From assembly GCA_051313645.2 (NCBI GenBank), contig JBNRSN020000019.1:38378001-38442000 (forward strand): 64,000 bases of DNA, in the 5' to 3' direction. Made by a program: the position numbers and the translations under genes. This DNA is from Centroscyllium fabricii. Taxonomy: Eukaryota. Below are positions 36,051 to 49,378 of the stretch, one piece after another. Below the pieces are notes generated by a model that did no database searches, had not been told where the DNA came from, and saw nothing but the letters and a program-made list of their open reading frames with translations. Each line of letters opens with the position of its first letter. The first letter of the stretch is position 1.

Positions 36051-38879
36051 GGCCCTGGCCAGCGGCGGGCTCCCACACAAACACACACACTTCGGCCTCA
36101 GCCACAGTCGACCAGACTAGGCCGCACACCCTATCAAATTCCATGATGGGGATTAAAGTCAACAGCCATGCCACTAATTGCCTGTTCGACACCGGAAGCA
36201 CAGAGAGCTTCATCCACCCTGATACAGCGCGGCGCTACGGACTGCAGATCCTGCCCACACGCTACCAAGTCTCCCTTGCTTCACAATCCCACACGGCGGA
36301 CGTCACCGGCTACTGCTCCGTCACGCTCACAGTTAGGGACTGCGTGTACCGTAATTTTAAATTGTACATACTCAAACGGTTGTGCGTCCCAGTCTTACTG
36401 GGACTGGATTTCCAGTGCCACCTTAAGAGCGTGACAATGGAGTTCGGCGGGACCCTGGCCCCGCTCACCGTCAGTAGCCGGGACAATCTCTTCCTAAAGC
36501 GGAGCCCGACTTGCGGCCTATCCACCCTGAAAGTCGACCCCCCCTCGCTGTTCGCCAACCTCGACCCCAACTGCAAGGCCATTGCTACTAAGAGTCGGCG
36601 ATACAGTGCAGGGGATCGGACATTTATCAGGTCGGAGGTCAGGCGTATGCTGAAGGAGGGGATAATTGAAGCCAGCACCAGCCCCTGGCGGGCCCAGGTC
36701 GTAGTGGTTAAAACTGGCGAGAAACAGCGGATGGTGATCGACTACAGCCAGACCATTAACCGCTACACCGGGCTCGACGCCTACCCCCTTCCCCGCATCT
36801 CGGAAATGGTTAACCAGATCGCCCAGTACAAGGTGTTCTCCACAATCGACCTTAAGTCGGCGTATCACCAACTCCCGATCCGGAAAGCCTACCGCCCGTA
36901 CACCGCCTTCGAGGCGAGCGGTCTGCTCTACCACTTCCTCCGGGTCCCCTTCGGCGTGACCAACTGATTGTCGGTATTCCAGAGGGAGATGGACCGCATG
37001 GTTGACCAGAACGGGTTGCAGGCCACTTACCCCTCCCTGCACAACGTGACCATCTGCGGCCATGACCAGCAGGACCACGATGCCAACCTGGCCAAATTTC
37101 TCCACACGGCGAAACGGCTTGATCTCACGTTCAATAAAGAAAAGTGCGTCTTTAGTACAGATCGGCTCGCCATCCTTGGATACGTGGTGGAAAACGGGGT
37201 CCTCGGCCCCGACCCACAGCGTATGTGCCCCTTACAGGAACTGCCCCTTCCTCACAACCCCAAGGCCCTGAAGAGATGTCTGGGATTTTTCTCTTATTAC
37301 GCGCAATGGGTTCCCCAGTTCGCGGATAAGGCTAGACCCCTCCTCAAGGCTGCCGTCTTCCCCCTCTCGGTAGAAGCTCAAACGGCATTCGCCTGGATCA
37401 AGGAAGATATTATCAAGGTGACCATGCACGCCGTTGATGAGTCCATCCCTTTCCAGGTGGAGAGTGACGCTTCGGACTTTGCCCTTGCCGCCACCCTGAA
37501 TCAGGCAGGCAGGCCCGTAGCGTTTTTCTCCCGCACCCTACAGGGACCCGAAATTCGCCACTCTGCAGTGGAAAAGGAGACCCAGGCATTCGTGGAGGCC
37601 GTGCGCTACTGGCGTCATTACCTGGCCAGTAAGCGTTTTACCCTGCTCACCAACCATCGGTCGGTCGCGTTTATGTTTAATAATAAACAAAAGGGTAAAA
37701 TCAAGAATGTTAAGATCCTGCGGTGGCGGATCCAGCTCTCGACTTACGAGTACGACATTCTTTACCGACCAGGCAAACTCAATGAACCCCTGGACGCACT
37801 GTCCAGGGGAACGTGCGCCAGTGCCCAGCTAGACCAGCTGAAGGAACTCCACGATCGCCTCTGCCACCCGGGTATCACCAGACTTGCCCATTTCGTTAAG
37901 TCCCGTAGCCTCCCATACTCCATCACGGAGATCAAGGCTATGACCCGAGAGTGCCCTGTTTGCGCCGAGTGCAAACCCCAATTTTACAGGCCAGACACGG
38001 CGCACCTCATTAAGGCCACCCGCCCCTTTGAACGTCTAAGCGTGGACTTCAAAGGCCCCTCCCCTCCACCGACCGCAACTCGTACTTCCTCACGGTCATA
38101 GATGAGTTCTCCCGCTTCCCCTTCGCCTTCCCCTGCCCAGATATGACGAGCGCAATGGTGATCAAACACTTCACCACGCTGTTCGCCATTTTCGGTCTCC
38201 CCAGCTACATCCATAGCGACCGGGGGTCGTCGTTCATGAGCGACGAACTGCGTCCGTTTCTGCTTCAGAAAGGGGTTGCCTCAAGCAGAACGACCAGTTA
38301 CAACCCCCGGGGGAACGGCCAGGTAGAAAGGGAGAACGGGATCATCTGGAAGGCGGTCAGCCTGGCCCTGAAGTCCAGAGGCCTTCCAGTGTCCCGTTGG
38401 CAGGCAGTCCTCCCAGATGCGCTGCACTCGATCCGCTCTCTATTGTGTACGGCTACCAACGCCACACCTCACGAATTACTTTTTTCCTTCCCCAGGAAGT
38501 CGACTTCGGGGACAGCCCTTCCACCGTGGCTCACGATACCGGGGCCGGTCTTGCTTAGGAAGCATGTTCGCGCCCATAAGACTGACCCCCTGGTAGACAA
38601 GGTGCAGCTGCTGCACGCCAACCCGCAGTACGCGTACGTGCAGTTCCCGGACGGGCGCGAGGACACCGTCTCCATCAGGGACCTAGCGCCCGCCGGGAGC
38701 ACCACAGCAGAGCCCCTGGACGAGCCTCAACCCGTCCAGCCACTACATTTCGACCACTGGCCGATACACCACCCACAACACACTGGCCGTTACAAACATA
38801 CACACCGGAGCCCCCGCCACTACCAGCTGAGGACCAGGATTTGGACGACGCGCCGCAGGCACAGCAGCAACCAGAGGGC

Positions 38880-39022
38880 CCGGCCCCACCGCCACTACCA
38901 GCACCTACAGTACCGGCACCAGCGCCGCCGTCACTACCGGCACCAGCGCCGCCGACACTACTGACACCAGCGCCGCCGACACCAACGCCGCCGACACTGC
39001 AGGCACCAGCGCCGCTGACAGA
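38880..39022 (+). repeat. Proline-rich tandem repeats (gcaccagcgccgccg) at the Gypsy C pol C-terminus
   Basis: PAPAPP-type repeats read directly. Confidence 0.75.
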
Positions 39023-40805
39023 GACCCGGCGGTCATCAAGACAGACGCGACCGCTGGAGAAACTCATTATGATCTGCTCTGTCCATTCACCCCGCCGGAC
39101 TTAATTTTCAAAGAAGGGGTGAATGTGGTAACCGTTATATATACTCTTTTACCACCATAATATTGTTGCCCAATATTAACCTGTATGTATTGCGGCCGGG
39201 TGCATGATACACTGCTTTGTATTGCGACACTGTCGCGGGGTCAGGTCAGCCACACCTCTAACTCCTCCCCTCAGGTGAGTGCCTTATAGGTGGGGTCTGA
39301 CCTGCCCCCATCCATTCTGTACCTGATGTTCGATCGGAGCGTAGCTCCTTTGTAAGCTAATAAAAGCCTTTTGTTAAGGTAACTACGCGTCTTTAGTTTT
39401 ATTAGACTATTGACGATACGTCAATCAGAGAGCACGAGGCTCCCCACTGGGGCGTGCACATTTGGAAAATGACCCCTCTAAAAAAAGCATTCATTATAGC
39501 TCAGGCAGATGCACAACAATGTTCAACTTTGCTCTTGTTAAACTATGTGCCCTGAGGCCAACCTTAGAACAGGGTCTCCTTGCTGCATTGATGAGAATTT
39601 TCCAATTCTCATCCTTTCTTGAACATTAACTATAGAAAATTGACAGTTTTGTTGATTGAACAAATAATTTGTGAAGAAAACTGTGCAATTCACTAACTAA
39701 TATTTTGTTAACTTCAATACTGCCATCACTGTCTCGAACTCAGTCGAGAAATAAAACAGTTGTCTTCTTTTCCCACTGGAGTTATGGCAGAACTACCAAC
39801 AAAAATCAGCCGTTGTGATTACAGGTCAACTCTAATCTGAATATTCTGCAAATATCGTTACAGAGGTTGCAAAAAATTCTTCATTTTTGCCTGTTACAAC
39901 CAGCAGAGAGACTCATCCTATCAGCCTGAGCTGTATTCAAATCCAGATTGTAAAGGCGATTGGACACTCTGCTAACCCATTGTTCCATCAATATCTCCAC
40001 TGTGTGAATTTAAATCTAACACTAAGTTCTGTGGAGAAGGTTGGGAGAAAACATGGTTACAGCAAGCTCGTACCGCAGTTCAGTCGTTTAATAGTTGACA
40101 ACAGAAACGGCAGAGTTCCAACAGTAAATTCTTTATAAAGCTTCATATGAAGGTTCACGAGTCCCCATGTGATGAGTTCCTAGCCTTACCCATGCCCATC
40201 TGAGAAGATGGGGAAAATTTAGAGGGTGTATCCACCTACTCCTTTCAATTATCGGTGATTGGTTCACGAGTGGCACAAGACGGAGACAAACAAAATGAAA
40301 TCAAAGTAGAATAAAAGAGACCTCCATCTTTGAAACTCTTCAAAGATGTTGCTGTGGTAAAAATAGAAGCAGGCATGTGATTCTGCTTCTGTCTGCGATA
40401 ATGCAAACTGGCAGCTCTGTTTGCAACTAAGTCAGAATCTCCTGGAGGCAATAGCACCTTTGAACAACCAGCGCTAATACAAAGCATATTATCGTGCTTT
40501 GGTGAGTTTTAACAACCTCCACACTGAGAGAGTGTTTACTAAATCAGACCTGACATTTCTTCAGCTTGCCCATTAATCAGTATTAACTCTGGTGAACAGA
40601 TCATTAAGGACTTGGTTAGGCCCCAAACTGCCCAGATGACAATGAAAAACAGTCCTCTTGGCCTACTTTGTGTTTTAAAAGTTGGTGAAACTTACAGTGA
40701 ATGATTAATTTGTTTAAATTGCTCTTGGCCTTGAAGTTCCATGGCAGTTGTGCTGGTCTTCTGCTTTAACTTTGGTGGGAGACTCGGAGAACTTCCAGGG
40801 CCCTT

Positions 40806-41333
40806 GGGGAAAAAATTGAGTTCTTAAAGGGGAGGGGCCTTGTGCAGCGCAACCCGGGCCCAGCTGGGCCACCAGGGATCGGAGTGCTGGAAAAAGAGCC
40901 CGGCACTCAAGAGAAGTACCGGGCTCACGGAGTGCAGCTGGCACTCCGCGAGGGGGGGGGGCTGGTCAGGAGGCCAGGGACGGCAACAGGGGCAGGTGAT
41001 GGCAGGCGGCCAACAATAAAGACGGCCGCCCGGCACCTCGCCTTTAATTCGCGCCGCCCCAGCAGCAGGTAGGCCCCCTTGACCCTGTCAGACATAGCGT
41101 CCGGCAGTAAGTCAGGGTGCGCTACCGAAGATCGCGGCCAGGGCGCAAGCGGAATGCTGCGCACGGTGATAGCGCCCCGCTTCGCCGCCGGCGATGATGC
41201 CAACGGTTAACACCGCCGCTGAACTTCACGGGAGGTGTTGGCAGGGCCACGCCCAGGCGCTAGTTGCTTTGCGCCCCATTAACGCCCTCTTAGGACGCTA
41301 ACGGGAGGCGCAAAGCAACTGAATTTTTAGGCT
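40806..41333 (+). mobile_element. GC-rich MITE, relative of 33548-34252
   Basis: Termini ggggaaaaaattg / gaatttttaggc; shared internal blocks. Confidence 0.65.
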
Positions 41334-41529
41334 GATCTGTCTTAACGGAAAGGATGATATTTCTGGCCTTTTGAATAAGAAGCTGATTTGCTGCTTCTCT
41401 CCTTGATGCTGATAGTGTTGGGGAAGCTTTACGATGTGAAGTTGTATTCGGATTCTGTTGTATCGAGGACTTCATTTTGTGGTTAAACGACTGTTTCTGC
41501 AGAATTTGCTGAAACATACAGTACCTGAA

Positions 41530-42998
41530 TATAGAACATAGAACATACAGCACTGTACAGGCCCTTGGGCCCTCAATGTAGTGCCGCGCTTAGTCCGTCT
41601 CTGATTTTTCCTGTCCCCCCTACTCTTCCTTCCCCTCCATGTACCTATCTATCATCCTTTTAAAAGCACCCAGACTGTCCACATCCACTATTTCAGATGG
41701 TAGCCTATTCCACTCCCCGACCACTCTCTGTGTAAAGAACTTGCCCCTGCCATCCCTTCTGAATCTTCCTCCTTGAATCTTGTGCTCGTGCTCGTGCCCT
41801 CTTGTTGTCGTTCTTCCCACCCGGGGAAACAGTCTCTGCACGTTTACTCTATCGATCCCCTTCATCATCTTAAACATCTCTATTAAGTCCCCCCTCTTCC
41901 TTCTCCATTCCAGGGAGAAGAGTCCCAGCTCCCTCAACCTCTCCTCATACGACTTTCCCCCCATTCCCGGCAGCATCCTGGTGAATCTCCTCTGTACCCT
42001 CTCCAACGCCTCCACATCCCTCCTGTAGTACGGATCCCAGAACTGCACACAGTACTCCAAGTGTGGTCTCACCAGTGACCTGTACAGCTGTAGCATGACC
42101 TCCCGGTTCTTAAACTCTATTCCCCTGTTGATGAAGGCCAATACACCATAGGCCTTTTTTACTGCCTTATCCACCTGGGTGGCAGCCTTCAATGATCTGT
42201 GTACATATACTCCCAGATCCCTTTGCTCCTCTGCTTCGCTCAGGACCCTGCCGTTGACCCTATATTCCCTCTTCCTATTTGCCCTACCGAAGTGCATCAC
42301 CTCGCATTTCCCCGTGTTGAACTCCATTTGCCATTCTTCAGTCCAGCTCTGCATCCTATCTATATCCCTCTGAATCCTTCTACTTCCTTCCTCCTCATCC
42401 ACTACTCCCCCAATCTTTGTGTCATCTGCAAATTTGCTGACCCACCCCTCAGTCCCCTCCTCCAAGTCATTGATAAAGATTACAAATAGTAGTGGCCCCA
42501 ACACCGACCCCTGTGGCACCCCACTGGTGACCGGTCTCCAACCCGAGTATTGGCCCTCTACCACTACCCTCTGCTTTCTCTGAGCCAGCCAGTTCTCAAT
42601 CCATCCCACTACTTCGTTGTTTACCCCGCAACTCCTTACTTTCTTCATGAGTCGACCGTGCGGGACCTTGTCGAACGCCTTGCTGAAGTCCATATATATG
42701 ACATCAACTGTAGCGCCAGCAAGGCCTAGGAACCACCCGTGAGCCAGAGCTAGAGAAAACACTAGTTTAATACACAAGAGTTAAACAGGAAAGAGAGAGA
42801 GTGAACCACTCGCAACAAGCATATTTAAACTGCCCGCCGTTGGTGACGTCATCGTGTAGGCAGGCGTGGTGACGTCGTCGCGTCACCTGGATGAGCGGGG
42901 CTCTGCTCCGCGGAGTTCCCGTGGCGGATTCGGTGTCCCAGTGGGCGTGCCGCCACACAACCGCCTTTCCCTCGTCCACACACTTGGTCACCTCTTCA
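41530..42998 (-). mobile_element. 5'-truncated CR1 LINE with an open RT C-terminal frame (41620-42708)
   Basis: VDVIYMDFSKAFDKVPH, GVPQGSVLGP, FADD; (ttctatg)n tail. Confidence 0.93.
42709..42957 (-). mobile_element. Solo LTR of a further LTR family inserted in CR1
   Basis: Inverted ends tgtagcg...cgccaca; 4-bp TSD CAAC; TATA-like and ATTAAA on the minus strand; removal restores EGKAVDV. Confidence 0.85.
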
Positions 42999-44462
42999 TC
43001 AGCAAGACAACCCACATTTCTAATGCCCCTTGCAAGGCTGGTACTGACTGACTGTCATCACATAAGATAGAGTATGATTCCTTGTGCAGTTCTGAACAAA
43101 TACATCTATCTGTTTGACAACTATATATTTACCTTTTCTGTACATGTGAGGGGACAAGACAGCTTATGTTATATCCTGATGCCTGTATGGTGCCTTCACC
43201 CCATCTCACCCAGGGCCATGAGACAATAAGCCTTTGGAATGCTGAGCTAATAGTACCTAATGTAAACCAAGGGTAAAAGTCATGGAAGAAGTATAATGTA
43301 ATGGCCTTTTAGTTGAGGCATAGAAATAAAAATAGTAATGGATAGTTAGGCAGTTTGAGGGTTGGCCACCCTGCCACTGAGCTCAGCAACTGTAACGTGA
43401 GGTCTCCCGCAGCCTTCGCATCACTGCGTGTGTTGTCTGTATAATTTCCTCAAGTAAAGCTTTAAGCAAAGACTTTGACAAGCTCCCTCCAAGGTAGAAT
43501 GTAAGGGGCATCCAGAATCCCAGCCGTGGCACAACAACACAAACTCATTCACAGGGGCTGAACCTTTGAATAAATATAAAGACCACCAACATTTAATTTA
43601 CAGTTTCTGGCACACATACATTAATTTAAGAACTTACCATTCTTCATCAGAAGGTATCCAGATAATAATCCTGCCCCATTACCTACAAAAAGCAATCCTT
43701 CTGGCTCTACCATGGGTCTCTAACTGTACCTGCCCTTTTAATGGTACTGGTACCTTGAAGGTTCAGGATGCACCTCTTCTATTTTTGGGCTGTGGCCAAA
43801 AGTGCAGCCATGTGCACTCCTTCAATTAAATTAAGCTCAAGCTAAAGTTAAGTTGCTCAGCTGTTGGTCCCGGCGGAGTGCACTTCCAGTGCGTTCTCCA
43901 TTAACTCTGCTTCCAGAATAGATCTAGTCGAGGAAGATCTGCCCTATGATGTATAACCAATTTAAACAAGGCACACTCCCTTTAAGTGCATTATTTAAGC
44001 AGAGTTGCTTTCTGTATTGCTGCAATGCAAGTTTTTAAGAAGTCCCCATCTCCACATTCCAGTACTCTGTGAAAGTGCTGAGATGGTATTTTACTTTTCT
44101 TCCAGCAGCAATAGTTACGCTTTAAAACATTTTATTTTTTTTTTTTTATTTTTTTAACAGGCCAGTTGTTCCCCAGGAACAGATTGTCTGGCACACACAC
44201 TGCACTTCAGATAGATGCAGCAGCAGCAGCAAAAAATCCATTAACGTACTCATACTGACACTAGTCCTTGTAAAAGCAATTTTAACTATTTATGAAGACT
44301 GCAATGGGTCATGGGACTGAACTTTTTCAGCAAGAGGTCACCTGTGTAATTTGCTCGAGGATCTTTGCGGGTTGAATTGTACTAATGGCCTCTCGGTCTC
44401 GAGCTGTTAAATGGGGGGGGGGTGTGGGGATGGGGGGAAAGCAACATCTGGTCATTACTCAC

Positions 44463-44624
44463 TCCAGAACATCCCTGTTGAATTGCTTCTTACTGTTGCC
44501 AAGATATTCCCCGATCATCTGGCGGCTCAGCCCTTTCCGCTGCAGCAGGAAGTGGGCAACTCCGATTGCCGTGTCAGGGATGAATCCACGAGCAATCAGA
44601 AACTGAATTCCTTTGTCAGGATTT
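44463..44624 (-). CDS. IQSEC3: IQSEC-family ARF-GEF (IQSEC3-like) internal coding exon, N-terminal part of Sec7 domain
   Basis: Translates [53 protein letters not shown](D). Acceptor ttttctttcttttacag and donor gtgagt on the minus strand; 162 nt, phase 2-2. The peptide matches my recollection of IQSEC3 better than IQSEC1/2. Confidence 0.92.
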
Positions 44625-44802
44625 CTGTAAAAGAAAGAAAAATGTAAAATATAAATAATGTTGAATGCAACTAAGAGAAGGCAGTGTACAAGGAGTATGA
44701 GGAGCACCAATATTACATCAAGTGGCAAATTTTCTGAATGCATGCTACAGGCAAGGAGCCATGCCTGCTGGCCACACAGGTCAAGAAATCACAGGGACTC
44801 TA

Positions 44803-45270
44803 CAACACCAACAACAAGCATTTATATAGCGCCTTTAACATAGTAAATTGTCCCAAGGCGCTTCACAGGAGCGATTATAAAACAAAATTTCACACCGAGC
44901 CACTTAAGGAGATATTGGAACAGGTGAGCAAAGCTTGGTCAAAGAAGTAGGTATTAAGAAGCATCTTAAAGGGGAATAGAGAGGTACGGAGGTGGGGAGA
45001 TTTAGGGAAGCAATTCCAGAGGTTAGGGCCTAGGCAGCTGAAGGCATGGCCGCCAGTCGTGGAGCAGTGAAAATCAGGGATGCTCAAGAGGCCAGAGTCG
45101 GAGGAGCACAGCTGTCTCGGAGGGTTGTAGGGATGGAAGAGGAGAGGAGATGGAGAGATTTGAAAAAAAAGGATGAGAATTATCAATCAAGGCGTTGCTG
45201 GACCGGGTGCCAATGCAGGTCAGTGAGCACAGGGGTGATTGGTGTATGGGACTTGCTGCGAGTTAGGATA
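44803..45270 (-). mobile_element. L2-like LINE 3' fragment
   Basis: GGHAFSCLGPNLWN...FKMLLNTYFFDQA followed by the L2-type 3' end (gtgaagcgccttgggac...ggcgctatataaatgc...ttgttgttg). Confidence 0.8.
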
Positions 45271-46104
45271 CAATTTTACATCCATTGAAATGGACACATG
45301 AAAAATTGTGAGCAGTTTGTCTGAAATTTCAGGTATGAGCGGCTGGACCCCTAGCAGTGAAATCAGCCCTATAAAATACTGTGTGCGGGGGAAGAGAGCT
45401 GCACAGTGAATAAACAACTGTTTTGTTGCAACACTTGACGGGTTGGCATGATGTCATAAAGAATGACAGTAAAAATAATGACCAGTATACAGCCATTCAA
45501 GCTCAAAGTATGCATTCCTATGTATATAATACAGTCTGTGTTACTGAGTATGACACTCCTATGTATATTATGTAACAGTCAGCCTAATTTCAATGGCAAG
45601 TTCCTGGTGGTGATATCATCTCTGATCAGCAGCACATCATTTGTGGAGTGGGACCTTATGTGCTGCTGCAGGTTTGAATGAGATACAACAATTCAAAAGG
45701 GCCCTGCCAGCAACACTACCTTGGAGCACCCCTGCCATTTGTTTACTTCAAGGACGTATGTGAAGTCTGTAGAAGAGCGGAGTGTTTTGTGGTTCAGCGA
45801 GGAAGCTGCGGGTGTGCCCCTGCACAAAGTTAGACAGAGGAGGATTCCACTGCTTTGGCCGGAGAGCTGCAAGTCCCAAAGAGGAGTAATGGCAGCAGGT
45901 GGCCAGGGCAGTAAGTGCTAACAGTACCACACCATGCACAGCAACATAGTACCACAAAGGATTTAGTGGTCTTACCAGCGCAGATAGGGTAAGAGAAGTA
46001 AGCAGCATTTTACAAGACTGCACCAGCACAACATTATCAGCCACTTACAGCCACCACCCCTCACTCGGTGTTAAAGTGAATGAATTGCTCATAATCAGTG
46101 CCCA

Positions 46105-46742
46105 GGAACATAGGAACGGGGATATGCAATTCAGCCCCTTGAGCCTGTTCCACCATTCAGTTAGGTCATGGCTGAACTGTATCTAAATGCCATTTACCCG
46201 TCTTTGTTCCATATCCTTTAATATCCTTACCTAACAAAAAAATATCAATCTCAGTTTTGAAATTTTCAATTAACCTAGCCTCAACAGCTTTTTGGGAGAG
46301 AGTTCCAGCTTTCCAGTACCCTTTGTGTGAGGAAGTGCTTCCTGACATCACCCCATAATCACCTAGCTCTAAATTTAAGGTTCTGCCCCCTTGTTCTGGA
46401 CTCCCCACCAGAGGGAACAGTTTCTCCTTATCAACTCTATCAAATCCTAATCATCTTAAACACCTCAATTAGATTACCCTTAATCTTCTATATTTAAGGG
46501 AATAAGCCTATTCTATCCAATGTGTCCTCATAATTTAACTCCTTTAGCCCCGGTATCATTTTGGTGAGTCTGCGCAGCATCCCCTCCAAGGCCAATATAT
46601 CCTTCCTGAGGTGCGGTCCCCAGAACTGAATGCAGTACTCCAGAAACGGTCTAACCAGAGCTTTATAGAACTGCAGCATAACGCCCACTCCTTTGTATTC
46701 TGGCCCCGGTGAGAAAAAGTCTAACATTCCGTTAGTCTTTTT
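46105..46742 (-). mobile_element. Old CR1 3' fragment
   Basis: ALVRPFLEYCIQFWGPHLRKDILALE and a CR1-type 3' UTR. Confidence 0.85.
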
Positions 46743-47952
46743 AGGAGAAGCAATGTGTGAGTTTGTGCAGCTGGTGTTCATTCAGACATTTTTGACCGTC
46801 AGACAGGCCTCCAAAATCCATGATCCCATTCTGTTGCCGTAACAATGGCATATCAGGATTTCGCTGGCCAGTTATGTCCCTGACCTTGTCAGAATTCCCA
46901 CTATTGGCACAGCTGGGGTGTCTGCTCGGTGGGCAGGGAGGGAAATGTGGCGTTGACCAGTTTCTGCAGCCAGGTCTGCTGAAGAAGCATGAAACCATCA
47001 CGGGTTGGTCCTTTTGCAGGAAGGTCGCTTTTTCTCTCTGTGACCAATTGCCGTAAGGAAACCAGCCTGTCTGAATTTGGTGAGTTCACTTACAGCAGCT
47101 TGTTGTGCTACATATCTGTTTTATGCACTGTTTCTGATTATATTTAGATGTAAAATATCCTTAAGTTCCCAGAGGGAGTGGAGAACTGTGAATTAAAATT
47201 AAAGTATCCTGTTGCTTTGAATTAGACAATTAAATTTGGATTTTTATGAGATGGTAATGGGATTTTCACACCATTAAAGTTAACCCCTATCCTGCCAAAT
47301 AAAGACAAATGTTAAAACCAACATTGTGACTTTGCCCTGTAAACGAAAGAGTAATTCTGTACAGTTACTCAGTGAGTAACCATTACTAACTAGGTTCTCC
47401 AGTTCTGTTGCAAGGTCATCAACCTGAAATGTTGGGGGAAATTTCATCTCGCCGTCAGGCGGAGCTTTGGGCGGCCGTGAGGTGAAAATCACAAAATTTT
47501 GGGTCCCACCCAAGCCCGCCAATTCCCCGCCGGTTTTGGATTTTCGGGCGGCCTGTTTCCCCGCCCCAAATCTTTCCCGCCGGCAGCCGGCGGGGATGGC
47601 TGTTAAGGGCCCTTAATTGCCATGTGTAATGCCATTTTAAGGGCCCTTAGCAATTTTCAGCTGTTTCCCACCCAAACGCCGCCGCCCTAAACCCCGTTTG
47701 GTGAAAACTAGCGGGAACACACTCGGTTTGCAGAGTCTCTGTGGCCGGTCCCTCATTGAAGGCTCACATTTAATCAGCCATCATTGGTATTCGCAACCAC
47801 ATTGTGGTGTCAGTCCTGGGGATACTTGCAACAGGCTTCAGCACACCTGTGGAAGATTGCATCCTCAAACACTTCTGCAGTGTGACCTGGGAAAGCCCTC
47901 TGACCTCCCCCCCTCAGTCAGTGCTTCCTCAGCCGAGGCTGCCAGCACAGCC

Positions 47953-49378
47953 ATGGGAAGCATTTTCTTCCTTCCCTTCTTGGCATTAGATGATCTCCAG
48001 CAGGAGCAGTTGCGACGACAGCAGCAACAGCAACAGCAGCAGCCACAGCAGGAGCCACATCAACAGCAGCAGCCACACCAGGAGCCAAATGCTCCTGCGG
48101 ACCCTCCGGAGGCAGCACGGGCCAGAAGGCATCAGCGCATGGAAGGCCGTCACTGTAGAAGATACCCCCCCAAACAGGGTCTACAGAGTCTGGGCCACCT
48201 ACCTCAACATGAGTGAGCGGCGGTGCCAAAGGCAGCTCCGACTTTCCCGAGAGGCAGTCACAGACATCTGCGCCATGCTGCAGCAAGAGCTGGAGCGCAG
48301 AACACCAGGTAGACATGCCTTACCAGTGGCCCTCCAAGTCACCACCGCACTCAACATTTTTTGCCTCGGGCTCATTCCAGGGATCATCAGCAGACATCAG
48401 CGGAATCTCCCAGTCGGCCGCACATGCTTGCATCACGCAGGTAACCAATGCCCTCTTTGCCCTCGCCCACAATTTCATCCATTTCACCAGGGATCGTGCA
48501 AGTGTGAGGGGGCGAGCGATTGGAATAGCTCATCTGGCAGGCTTCCCAAGGGTGCAGAGCATCATTGACTGCACACATGTGGCCCTTAGGGCACCCACCG
48601 ACAACCCAGTTGCTTTTGTCAACCACAAGGGCTTCCATTCGCTCAATGTTCAACTGGTGTGTGACCACAAGGAGACTTTGCATGTGTGTGCCAGGTACCC
48701 TGGCAGTTGCCATGACTCCTTCGTCCTGCGCCAATCAATCTTGCCTGCGCTCTTCACACCGCCGTATGAAATTCCGGGATGGCTACTTGGAGACAAGGGC
48801 TATCCCCTCAGGACTTGGCTCATGACGCCGGTCAGGAGGCCAGCCAATGAGGCTGAGGTGAACTACAACTCCGGACACATCTCCACAAGATGCATTATAG
48901 AGCACACCATTGGCTTGCTCAAGATGCCTTTCAGATGCTTGGACAGATCAGCTGGAGCCCTGCAATAGTCCCCAGCCAGGGTCTCCAAAATGGTAGTGGT
49001 TTGCTGTCAACTTCACAACATAATGTAGAGGTGCCGGTGTTGGACTGGTGTGGACAAATGCAAGAAGTCACACAACACCAGATTATAGTCCAACGGTTTT
49101 ATTTTAAATCACAAGCTTTCGGAGCTTTTGCTTGTGATTTAAAATAAAACCGTTGGACTATAATCTGGTGTTGTGTGACTTCTTGCATTTTGACAACTTC
49201 ACAACATGGCACACCAACACCTGGCTCCTCGCATACCATCCTCAGATGATGAGGAGGAGGAGGAAGAGGAAGAGGACGGAGTTGGTCCAGCGTGGCAGCA
49301 GCCACCGCTAGCATTACGCGAGAACATTGCTGCCCGGCAAGCAAGGAACGAGCTCATCCTTGCAAGATTTACTTAGCC
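47953..49378 (+). pseudogene. Harbinger (HARBI1-like) DDE transposase pseudogene with Gln-rich N-terminus
   Basis: [68 protein letters not shown]. Frameshifts, a stop at 48966-48968 and an insertion at 49022-49193. Confidence 0.92.
49022..49193. mobile_element. Palindromic Penelope-type insertion
   Basis: Perfect 61-bp inverted arms (49056-49116 / 49130-49190) with a 13-nt loop; 14-bp direct flanks caacttcacaacat. Confidence 0.8.

Larger units (their letters stand above)
34512..39423 (+). mobile_element. Compact Gypsy/Ty3 LTR retrotransposon C (LTRs 34512-34829 and 39124-39423), gag-pol from ATG 34853 with stops and frameshifts, no tRNA PBS
   Basis: TSD ATCAG; near-identical LTRs (the 5' LTR has an extra 18-bp tandem unit); PPT aaagaaggggtgaa. 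Motifs CYFCG..H...C, FDTGS, IDYSQTIN, DAYPLP, SDASDFA, HSDRGSSF, GQVERENG. Confidence 0.95.

Noticed and set aside
41620-42777. RT ORF with an apparent signal-peptide N-terminus (MCIKLVFSLALA...)
   Set aside because: Chance read-through from the solo LTR into a truncated CR1; nothing supports a selected fusion.
47953-49378. Domesticated host HARBI1 gene
   Set aside because: Frameshifts, a stop, an insertion, a paired Myb gene and a TIR show a transposon copy.
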